From the IMG/VR virus record IMGVR_UViG_3300049484_000288, positions 1-45,138 of that record: a stretch of DNA of 45,138 bases, one strand, 5' to 3'. Both the position numbers and the translations under genes were made by a program. Source of the stretch: a virus (Duplodnaviria > Caudoviricetes). This document shows, piece by piece, positions 36,082 through 43,764 of this stretch (position 1 is its first letter; every line of letters begins with the position of its first letter). The notes under the pieces were generated by a model. The model searched no databases. It was not told the DNA's origin and saw nothing but the letters and a program-made list of their open reading frames with translations.

Positions 36082-38169
36082 ATGGGCATCTCCCACCTTA
36101 AGACCAATACCATTGCCGACTTTACCGGCACGGTAACGGTCTTCAACAGCCTTGGCGCGACGGTAACTGCCAACGCTACGGATCTGGTCAGGCCTAGCGA
36201 CTGGAACTCTGCTCACCTAGAGCAACTCTCCTTCCTCGGCAATACTGCCGGTGTCTCCACTATAAGTGGATCGAACATCTTCTGGGCCGGCGGTAACAAC
36301 ATCACGCTATCTGCTAGTGCGGGTAGCGTCACCATTTCTGGGCCAAACACTGTTGCCCAGTCGATCCAACCAGTAGCCTTCAGCGCTCAAGGTGGATCGA
36401 GTCTTTTCAGCACCCTGTCCTTCAGCAACATTGGGAACAACGTAACGTTCTCCAATTCCAATGGGCAAGTGGTCCTGAGTCATAACCTTCAAGTAGCTGG
36501 CGCCTACTTGACGACGGCCCGTGCGAGTAATGACGCTATCGGCCTGAACACAGCCCAGTCCAACGTTACCTGGACGGTCAACAGCAACGGTCTCTCGCTG
36601 GATGCGAGGAACTATGCTGGCGTTGGCACAACGTTTGCAGGAGCCAACCTCTCTGCATCGATGACGTTGAACTCCAACGGGTTGAACCTCTCGATGAGTG
36701 CTGCCGCCCCTGGTGGCGGTGGTGCTGTCAACTTCTCAGCCGGTACGACAAGCAATAACCTGCAATCTGTGGTGTTTGCCAACGCCAACGGCATAACCTT
36801 CGGCCTTGGCACCGGCGCTAGCTCGCAGTCTATCACGGCTAGCCATAACGGCTTGACCACCGCACGGGCCAGCAACGACGCCGTAGGACTGAACACGGCA
36901 CAGACCAATGTCACGTGGACGGTCAACAGCTCTGGCATAAGCATCAACGGTAGTGGGTACGCTGGCACAGGTACTACCTTCGCCGGTGCTAACCTATCGG
37001 CTTCGATGACGTTAAACTCTAATGGACTGAACTTGTCCATGAGCGCAGCAGCTCCTGGTGGCGGTGGAGCGGTCAACTTCTCTGCCGGTACGACTAGCCA
37101 GAACCTCCAGTCGGTCATCTTTGCCAACGCCAATGGTATCACCTTCGGCCTTGGTACTGGCGCTAGCTCGCAGTCTATCACGGCTTCGCACAATGGCATC
37201 ACGACTGGACGTGCGAGCAACGACGCGATCGGCCTGAACACGGCATTTACGGCTGGTCCACTGGCAATGACGATCGACAGCAGTGGACTATCGCTCAATG
37301 CCGCGAGTGCTGCCGGTACAACCACCGGTTTTGCAGGTGCGAACATCAGCGGTTCCATGACGCATAACACGGCAGGGCTTAACCTGTCCCTGAGCGTTGC
37401 CGCTCCGGGCGGTGGGGCTGCCGCAACTGTGTCGTATTGGCAGAACTTTGTCAACTACGCCAACAGCACGAACCAAGCGAACTGGCCAGGGTCTGGTACA
37501 AGTGGCCCGATCCGTGTCTGGGGCTATGAGTTGGAAGAGAACGTCGCGGCTAATATGTTCTCTGTGCCGCTGAACCTGACCTTCGGTACGGCCGGTACAT
37601 CTAGCGGCAGTCGCACAGTTTTCGTGTACGCGGCCATCTATACTCAAGGCTCTGGTGCAAGCACCTCCCTCCTGTCGCTGCTGTACAGCGCCTCGTTCAG
37701 CATTGGCCATTCGTATAACAACAGCAGCAACACGCTCAACCATCCGACGAGCACCAACTCTGCCGGTTATACGACGGGCACTGTCAGTTCTGGCGGCTTC
37801 AGTATCTCCTCTGCTTACACTGGATTGAAGGCAGTTATCTTCCCGATTGGCGCACAGACGCTGACTCCGGGACGGTACTACCTAGGCATTGGCGGCCACG
37901 TAAGCAGTGCGGGTGGCACAGGTCTTGGTCTGTCCGGTACGTGGCTGGGCTTGCAGCACTCCGGCAACCTTGCTCCGATGGGTTCGTACTCAACAGCGTT
38001 CAGCAGTGGTTCCAATCTGACCCGACGCAATGGTGGTGGTCCGGGCGGTCTTCTTGACTGTGTGACGTATACCCTGTCTGCCACAAGTCTACACGCAACC
38101 ATGGCTATGTCGGCATTTGGTAAGTCTGACCTGGGTATCATTCCAATCGCTTTCTGGTCCTCTACATAA
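36082..38169 (+). CDS. Ser/Thr/Asn/Gly-rich repetitive fibre protein (head fibre/appendage candidate)
   Basis: 695 aa, very few charged residues, ~2.6 copies of a 115-aa repeat; located between capsid and tail-tube genes. Confidence 0.7.
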   Translation: MGISHLKTNTIADFTGTVTVFNSLGATVTANATDLVRPSDWNSAHLEQLSFLGNTAGVSTISGSNIFWAGGNNITLSASAGSVTISGPNTVAQSIQPVAFSAQGGSSLFSTLSFSNIGNNVTFSNSNGQVVLSHNLQVAGAYLTTARASNDAIGLNTAQSNVTWTVNSNGLSLDARNYAGVGTTFAGANLSASMTLNSNGLNLSMSAAAPGGGGAVNFSAGTTSNNLQSVVFANANGITFGLGTGASSQSITASHNGLTTARASNDAVGLNTAQTNVTWTVNSSGISINGSGYAGTGTTFAGANLSASMTLNSNGLNLSMSAAAPGGGGAVNFSAGTTSQNLQSVIFANANGITFGLGTGASSQSITASHNGITTGRASNDAIGLNTAFTAGPLAMTIDSSGLSLNAASAAGTTTGFAGANISGSMTHNTAGLNLSLSVAAPGGGAAATVSYWQNFVNYANSTNQANWPGSGTSGPIRVWGYELEENVAANMFSVPLNLTFGTAGTSSGSRTVFVYAAIYTQGSGASTSLLSLLYSASFSIGHSYNNSSNTLNHPTSTNSAGYTTGTVSSGGFSISSAYTGLKAVIFPIGAQTLTPGRYYLGIGGHVSSAGGTGLGLSGTWLGLQHSGNLAPMGSYSTAFSSGSNLTRRNGGGPGGLLDCVTYTLSATSLHATMAMSAFGKSDLGIIPIAFWSST
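36508..37422 (+). repeat. Intragenic tandem repeat, 345-nt (115-aa) period
   Basis: TT(A/G)RASNDA(I/V)GLNTA starts at 36511, 36856 and 37201. Confidence 0.9.
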
Positions 38170-38447
38170 TGGCAACTGTCGCTTTCGCATACGGTATCGA
38201 GACGATCCAGACTCGCAGCACCAACACTGCGGGGCAATACGAGTTCGTGATCACCTTCAACTCAACTTTCTGGGACGACGTAACGGCGCAGCTGTACAAT
38301 GTCACCACTGACTTCGTGGTACTGACTACGGCGACACCTGCCCAGATGAAAGCTGCCTTGATGGCTGCGATGATTGCCAAGGCCGCTGAACTCGGCATGA
38401 CGCTCGTACAGGCCAACATCAGCAACATCTCGTTCTCCAAGGGTTGA
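38169..38447 (+). CDS. Small protein coupled to the fibre gene (chaperone or tip candidate)
   Basis: TAATG overlap with the fibre gene. Confidence 0.55.
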   Translation: MATVAFAYGIETIQTRSTNTAGQYEFVITFNSTFWDDVTAQLYNVTTDFVVLTTATPAQMKAALMAAMIAKAAELGMTLVQANISNISFSKG

Positions 38448-38448
38448 C

Positions 38449-39171
38449 ATGGAAGCTGTGGTCGTCGGTCGTGGGTGGGTAGGTACAAAGCTTGGCGCTT
38501 TGATGGGCCTACCTGTTCTATCCCACACCGAGATCTTCAAGGAATACCGCAACTTCGATACTGTCATCAACTGTGCTGGTCGTACTGGCGTGCCTACGGT
38601 TGATGAGTGTGAGGAACACAAGGCCGAGACCATTACTGCAAACACCATCTTCCCGATGGAGCTGTTCTCACGTTGCTACGGGCGACGGTTGGTGCACTTC
38701 AGTAGTGGCTGCATTTACCAAGGGGGTCCGTGGAAAGCTCAAGACACCCCGAACTACGATGCTTCCATATACAGCGCGAGCAAGTTGGTTTCTGATCAGT
38801 TCCTGAAGGATAAAGCCCTTGTCCTGCGGATTCGCATGCCCTTCTGCGCCGGCGACCATCCCAAGAACCTGTTGACGAAGCTACGCAAGTATGCCGAGAC
38901 TGGTCGACTGCTGGATGGTTACAATAGCCTTAGCGACGTAGATGAGATGATTATGCATGCGGCCAATCTCATCACCGACCGCAAAGTAGGTCCCTGCAAC
39001 CTAGTCAATACCGGAGCCATCTGGACTCACGAATTGGCTGAGATGATGGGGCTGACGCCGCAGTGGTTTAAGTTCGGGGAGTTCACCAAACCACGGTCAG
39101 AGTGCCGACTGATTCCTTCCGTAGTAACCCGTCCTGTAAGAGAAGCTCTAGAGAAAGCCTTGAATTCATGA
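38449..39171 (+). CDS. NDP-sugar epimerase/reductase (RmlD / NRS-ER-like SDR)
   Basis: GRGWVG nucleotide-binding loop, INCAGRTG.P.VDECE..K.ET, SSGCIY, YSASK (YxxxK), LRIRMP, KNLLTKL. Confidence 0.85.
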   Translation: MEAVVVGRGWVGTKLGALMGLPVLSHTEIFKEYRNFDTVINCAGRTGVPTVDECEEHKAETITANTIFPMELFSRCYGRRLVHFSSGCIYQGGPWKAQDTPNYDASIYSASKLVSDQFLKDKALVLRIRMPFCAGDHPKNLLTKLRKYAETGRLLDGYNSLSDVDEMIMHAANLITDRKVGPCNLVNTGAIWTHELAEMMGLTPQWFKFGEFTKPRSECRLIPSVVTRPVREALEKALNS

Positions 39172-39884
39172 AACCTCAACTCGTCATGCAAGATTTTGGA
39201 GGGTCGCATAACAAGGACCTATCCAAGACCAACATTCGTCTGCTGAAAGGTGGTAGTTGGAAGAAGCAGCGTATCGTTGTCATTTTACCTGCGGCCGATC
39301 TGATACCGGCAAAGGTAGCCCTGACGCACTGGAACCTAATCTTTCCGCCCAATAACGGTGTGGTACGGATTCTGGCACAGGGCATGGAGGTGGGAGACGC
39401 CTACTCCACCGCCATCGAACAGGTGCTGGGGCATCCTGAGCTGGGTCAGTGGGAATACCTTCTGACCCTTGAGCACGACAACACTCCGCCAGCCGACGGG
39501 CTTCTGAAGCTTCTTGAGCGACTGGAAGAGCGCAAAGATCTCGCCTGTGTCGGCGGACTGTACTTCACCAAGGGTGAGGGCGGCGTAGCCCAGATCTGGG
39601 GAGACAAGAACGATCCTATTCCGAACTACCGACCGCAACTACCAGATCCCAACGGCGGACTGGTGGAGTGCTACGGTACCGGCATGGGCTTCAACGTCTT
39701 CAGGCTGGCGATGTTCAGGGATCCTAGGCTTAGAAAACCTTGGTTCCATACTCAGAAGGAGCAAGGTGTCGCTACGCAGGACCTGTATTTCTGGAGTGAT
39801 GCTCAGAAATATGGGTATAAATGCGCTATCGACTGCAGTGTGCGTGTTGGGCATTACGATCACATAACTGATACTAACTGGTGA
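39168..39884 (+). CDS. GT-A fold (GT2-like) glycosyltransferase (probable start 39168)
   Basis: YLLTLEHD (DxD-like), VGGLYF, GTGMGF, QDLYFW..GYK..D.SVRVGH; ATGA overlap with the epimerase. Confidence 0.75.
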   Translation: MKPQLVMQDFGGSHNKDLSKTNIRLLKGGSWKKQRIVVILPAADLIPAKVALTHWNLIFPPNNGVVRILAQGMEVGDAYSTAIEQVLGHPELGQWEYLLTLEHDNTPPADGLLKLLERLEERKDLACVGGLYFTKGEGGVAQIWGDKNDPIPNYRPQLPDPNGGLVECYGTGMGFNVFRLAMFRDPRLRKPWFHTQKEQGVATQDLYFWSDAQKYGYKCAIDCSVRVGHYDHITDTNW

Positions 39885-39888
39885 GATC

Positions 39889-40509
39889 ATGGCAAAACGG
39901 AAAGCAAAAGCATTGCCCGTTCAGGAAGTTCTTCGACTGGACCTGGGCTGCGGTAAAAACCCTCGTGAAGGTTTCGAGGGTGTGGACTCGATCGACTTCG
40001 GACAGAAGTACGTTATGGGGCTTGCAACTTTTGTCCATTCTCCAGGACTGCAAATCGACCCACTGACGGACAAGCCGTACAAGGTCACATCGCTTGGATA
40101 CGCTCAATGGCCCTGGGCTGATAACTCAGTTGAGGAGGCCAACTGCTCCCACTTCATTGAGCATTTGACCGCCTCCGAACGCATTCACTTTGTCAATGAG
40201 CTGTATCGTGTACTCAAGCCGGGAGCTAAGTGTAGTGTAGTCGTGCCTGCTTGGTCCAGCGCTCGGGCATACGGCGACCTGACCCACCAATGGCCGCCAG
40301 TCTCAGAGTGGTGGTTCTTCTACCTGAACAAAGCTTGGCGTGATGTGAATGCTCCACACAACATCACCTACAGTTGCAACTTCGACTGTACCTGGGGATA
40401 CGGCATGCACCAAGCGATTCAGGCCAGAAACGTCGAGTATCAACAGCACGCCCTGACGTTCTTCAAGGAAGCTGCTCAGGACATCGTCGCAACCTTTGTC
40501 AAGAACTAA
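39889..40509 (+). CDS. Class I SAM-dependent methyltransferase (type-11-like)
   Basis: LDLGCG, GVD, WPWADNSV, SHFIEHL, ELYRVLKPG, DLTH. Confidence 0.85.
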   Translation: MAKRKAKALPVQEVLRLDLGCGKNPREGFEGVDSIDFGQKYVMGLATFVHSPGLQIDPLTDKPYKVTSLGYAQWPWADNSVEEANCSHFIEHLTASERIHFVNELYRVLKPGAKCSVVVPAWSSARAYGDLTHQWPPVSEWWFFYLNKAWRDVNAPHNITYSCNFDCTWGYGMHQAIQARNVEYQQHALTFFKEAAQDIVATFVKN

Positions 40510-40725
40510 GTGACCACGGCATTTCAAACAGATGCTTTTCAGTCAGATGCGTTTCAGATATGTGGCGGGAGTACTGGCCCGGTAGCGATCCCGCTAACAG
40601 CTTTTCAACAAGACGCCTTTCAGCTGAATGCATTTCAGATCTACATCACCGACATAGGCGTCATCCCGCCTGAGCCGGAACCAAGTGCTGACTGGTACGT
40701 GGTGATGCGCAGAAGGAGACGGTAA
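40510..40725 (+). CDS. Small protein with AFQx(D/N) pentapeptide repeats and poly-Arg tail
   Basis: TAFQTDAFQSDAFQ..TAFQQDAFQLNAFQ..MRRRRR; abuts both neighbours. Confidence 0.6.
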   Translation: MTTAFQTDAFQSDAFQICGGSTGPVAIPLTAFQQDAFQLNAFQIYITDIGVIPPEPEPSADWYVVMRRRRR

Positions 40726-41318
40726 TGGCTACTTCCAAGGTAGAGATTGTAAACGTTGCGATAGCCTTTCTCGGATCCGATCCCATCACGGATATTACCG
40801 AGGCGACTAACCGCGCTCGCACGGCTAACGCCCTTTTTGACGGTGTACGAGATGCTGTCCTAAGGGCTTTCCCGTGGAATTTCGCAACTAAGCGAGCCAA
40901 CCTGCCATCGGCTCTGCCCGCCCCAACCTACGGGTGGTCGTACTCTATTCCGCTGCCGTCAGATTGCTTGAGATTGCTCTCGGTGGAGGCGGGCCAGGAC
41001 TACGACGTTGAAGGTCGGCGCATTGTTTCGAATGCGTCTTCCCTCAACGTGACCTACACGGCCAAGATCACAGACGTCACCCTCTACGACTCGCTGTTCT
41101 GCCAAGCACTTGGGGCACGGCTGGCCCACGCCATGTCTAAGCGAGTCACCGACTCCGACGCCGGTAGGGATGATCTGTGGGAAATCTACAAAGCCTTTGT
41201 TAGGGAAGCGCGCAGCATCGATTCTCAAGAGGGTAGAGCCACTCAGGTCGACGCCTCCACCTGGACTGATGCCCGCGTGCTCGGTACCACTGGCTATACT
41301 CAGCGCCCGTACGCGTAA
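40725..41318 (+). CDS. Tail tubular protein A / adaptor (T7 gp11-like)
   Basis: IVNVAIAFLG..I, RDAVLRAFPWNFA.KR, LPSDCLR, DSQEG. Confidence 0.85.
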   Translation: MATSKVEIVNVAIAFLGSDPITDITEATNRARTANALFDGVRDAVLRAFPWNFATKRANLPSALPAPTYGWSYSIPLPSDCLRLLSVEAGQDYDVEGRRIVSNASSLNVTYTAKITDVTLYDSLFCQALGARLAHAMSKRVTDSDAGRDDLWEIYKAFVREARSIDSQEGRATQVDASTWTDARVLGTTGYTQRPYA

Positions 41319-43327
41319 TGTCGCGCTACTCCGTATCAGCTACTAACTTCACCGCAGGGGAGATCTCTCCTAGGCTGCTTGGCAGAACTGACTACGCCAA
41401 GTACGCCAACGGGTGTAAGTCGCTGAAGAATATGCTGATCATGCCACACGGCGGGGCAACACGTAGACCGGGCACCCACTACGTGGCCGAGGTCAAGGAT
41501 TCGTCTAAGGCTGTTCGACTGGTCCGGTTCGTGCCATCAGTAAGTTCGGCCTACATCCTTGAGTTTGGCGACCTGTACATTCGCTTCTACCGGAATCATG
41601 GACAGATCGTCTCTGGTACGCCGGTCGAGGTAACTACCACATACACTCAGAGTGAGATCTTTGACCTGTCGGTAGTAGCCTCGGTGGACGTGTTGTACAT
41701 CGCCCATCCGTCGCACAAGCCGGCAAAGTTGTCGCGACTGTCCGACACGTCCTGGTCGTTGGCTGACGTCACCTTCAATGAACCGCCGATGCTTGACGTC
41801 AACGCTACCACGATGACAATGACGCCGTCAGTAACGACGGGTAATGGCACAGTAACTGCTTCCGCCTCCTACTTTGCTGCCACAGACGTTGGTCGGTATA
41901 TCCGCATCAAGAATGGGGCCACGTACGGCTACTGTATTCTGACGAGTTATGTCAGTGCTACTGTCATGAACATGACGGTGATCAATGCTTTTCCGGCAAC
42001 AACTGCCAATGCCACCTGGTCTATCAGCCCTTGGAGCGCTACCCTAGGCTATCCAAGGGCGGTGACGTTCTACGAAGATCGACTGTGGTTCGGTGGTTCA
42101 GCTAGTGAGCCTGAAACCATCTGGAGCTCTAACTCCAGCGACTACGAGAACTTCTCCCGCTCTAATACCGCGGGTACGGTCGTGGATACAAGTGGCATCG
42201 TGGCCACGCTGGCTTCTGATCAGGTGAACACCATTCGATGGATGCGTGGAGACCCTTCATCCTTCCTTATCGGAACGTCTAGCGGTGAATGGGCTATTGG
42301 CGCCTCGACGAACGATGAGGCCATCACTCCCAGCAACCGACGTGCTAGGCAACAGACGACTCGTGGATGTAGCGGAGTAGCGCCGATCAAGATTGACGGG
42401 TCGACGATCTACACACAGACCTCCGGGCGTAAGGTACGCGAGTTGTCGATGTCTGAGTCGAATTTCCAGTTCGTCTCCAGCGACATCACTATTCTCAGTG
42501 AACACATCACCTTTGGCGGTGTTAAGCAGATCGCTTATCAACAAGAACCGTACAATGTGATCTGGGTAACGCTGTTGAACGGTAATTGTGTCGGTATCAC
42601 TTTCAACAAAGAACAATCTGTCGTTGCTTGGCACCGGCAAATGTTCGGTGGAACGGATGCCTTGCTCCAGAGTGCCGAATGCATTCCTGCCCCAGATGGC
42701 ACCTACGACGAGACCTGGGTAGTGGTGGAACGGACTATCAACGGCGTCACAAAGCAGTACGTCGAATACCTGGAAAAGGAGTATGATCCAGAGGATACAG
42801 TAGACACTGACGGGTGCTTCTTCGTCGACAGCGGCTTGGAGTACTCAGGTGCTAGTACACTGACCCTTTCTGGTCTTACCCACCTAGCCAATGAAACTGT
42901 GGCCATTCTTGCCGATGGCACTATTCACCCCGACAAGACCGTCTCAGCTGGTGGAGTAGTTACTCTTGATCGTGCTGTAACTACCGCCATTGTAGGTCTA
43001 CCCTACACGTCAGAGCTGATTCCAGTGGATCCTGAAGCAGGTGCCGATCGTGGCACTTCTCAGGGCCAGATGAAGCGGGTGCACAAGCTAGAGATTCGCT
43101 TCTACAAGACATTGGCGGCAGACTTTGGCAGAGACGAAGATACACTGGAACCCGTACTATTCAGAGATGCCTCAGTTCCGATGGGCTCCCCCACACCCTT
43201 GTTCACAGGTATCAAGAGCCTAGACTTCCCTGGCGAATACGAGAGAGAACTTGGCGTCCTTATTCGCCAAGACAAACCGCTGCCCTTGACTGTGCTGTCG
43301 ATCGTTTATAACGGAGTGACACGATAA
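41318..43327 (+). CDS. Tail tubular protein B / nozzle (T7 gp12-like)
   Basis: NFTAGEISPRL.GR.D, GGATRRPGT, LEFG..YIRF, YP.AV.FYEDRLWF, AWHR, FVDSG, PLPLTV. Confidence 0.88.
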   Translation: MSRYSVSATNFTAGEISPRLLGRTDYAKYANGCKSLKNMLIMPHGGATRRPGTHYVAEVKDSSKAVRLVRFVPSVSSAYILEFGDLYIRFYRNHGQIVSGTPVEVTTTYTQSEIFDLSVVASVDVLYIAHPSHKPAKLSRLSDTSWSLADVTFNEPPMLDVNATTMTMTPSVTTGNGTVTASASYFAATDVGRYIRIKNGATYGYCILTSYVSATVMNMTVINAFPATTANATWSISPWSATLGYPRAVTFYEDRLWFGGSASEPETIWSSNSSDYENFSRSNTAGTVVDTSGIVATLASDQVNTIRWMRGDPSSFLIGTSSGEWAIGASTNDEAITPSNRRARQQTTRGCSGVAPIKIDGSTIYTQTSGRKVRELSMSESNFQFVSSDITILSEHITFGGVKQIAYQQEPYNVIWVTLLNGNCVGITFNKEQSVVAWHRQMFGGTDALLQSAECIPAPDGTYDETWVVVERTINGVTKQYVEYLEKEYDPEDTVDTDGCFFVDSGLEYSGASTLTLSGLTHLANETVAILADGTIHPDKTVSAGGVVTLDRAVTTAIVGLPYTSELIPVDPEAGADRGTSQGQMKRVHKLEIRFYKTLAADFGRDEDTLEPVLFRDASVPMGSPTPLFTGIKSLDFPGEYERELGVLIRQDKPLPLTVLSIVYNGVTR

Positions 43328-43764
43328 TGTTCTGGTTCGCTATTGCTGCAGCGGTCATCGCGGCCAAGGCTTCCAAGAACCAATCGGACGCCGCTGCCAA
43401 GGTTGCTCAGAAGAATGCCCAGCTTAACACGACCAACTCCTTAATCGCGGCCGACCAGGCAGCGGCTGAGGAAAGTCGTTTCAGGGACAACTACAAGCGC
43501 TTCCAAGGTAAGCAGGGGGTTGCTCAAGCCAAGAGCGGTTTTGAGGCCTCAGGTTCTTACCAGGACGTGATGGCAGATAGTGCTTCACAGGCAGAGTTGG
43601 ACGCCCTGACTATACGCTACCAAGGCAAGATCAAGAGCATGGGCTTCGAGCAGCAGGCAGAAATCAACAATTTCGAAGCCAAGACGATCAAGAAGAACGC
43701 TCCATTGAACATGGTCAGTAGCGCCCTAGGTGGCTATGCTGCCGGAAAATCGGCCTTCTCATGA
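43327..43764 (+). CDS. Small internal virion protein (T7 gp14-like position)
   Basis: Ala/Gln-rich with hydrophobic N-terminus; follows the nozzle gene. Confidence 0.7.
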   Translation: MFWFAIAAAVIAAKASKNQSDAAAKVAQKNAQLNTTNSLIAADQAAAEESRFRDNYKRFQGKQGVAQAKSGFEASGSYQDVMADSASQAELDALTIRYQGKIKSMGFEQQAEINNFEAKTIKKNAPLNMVSSALGGYAAGKSAFS

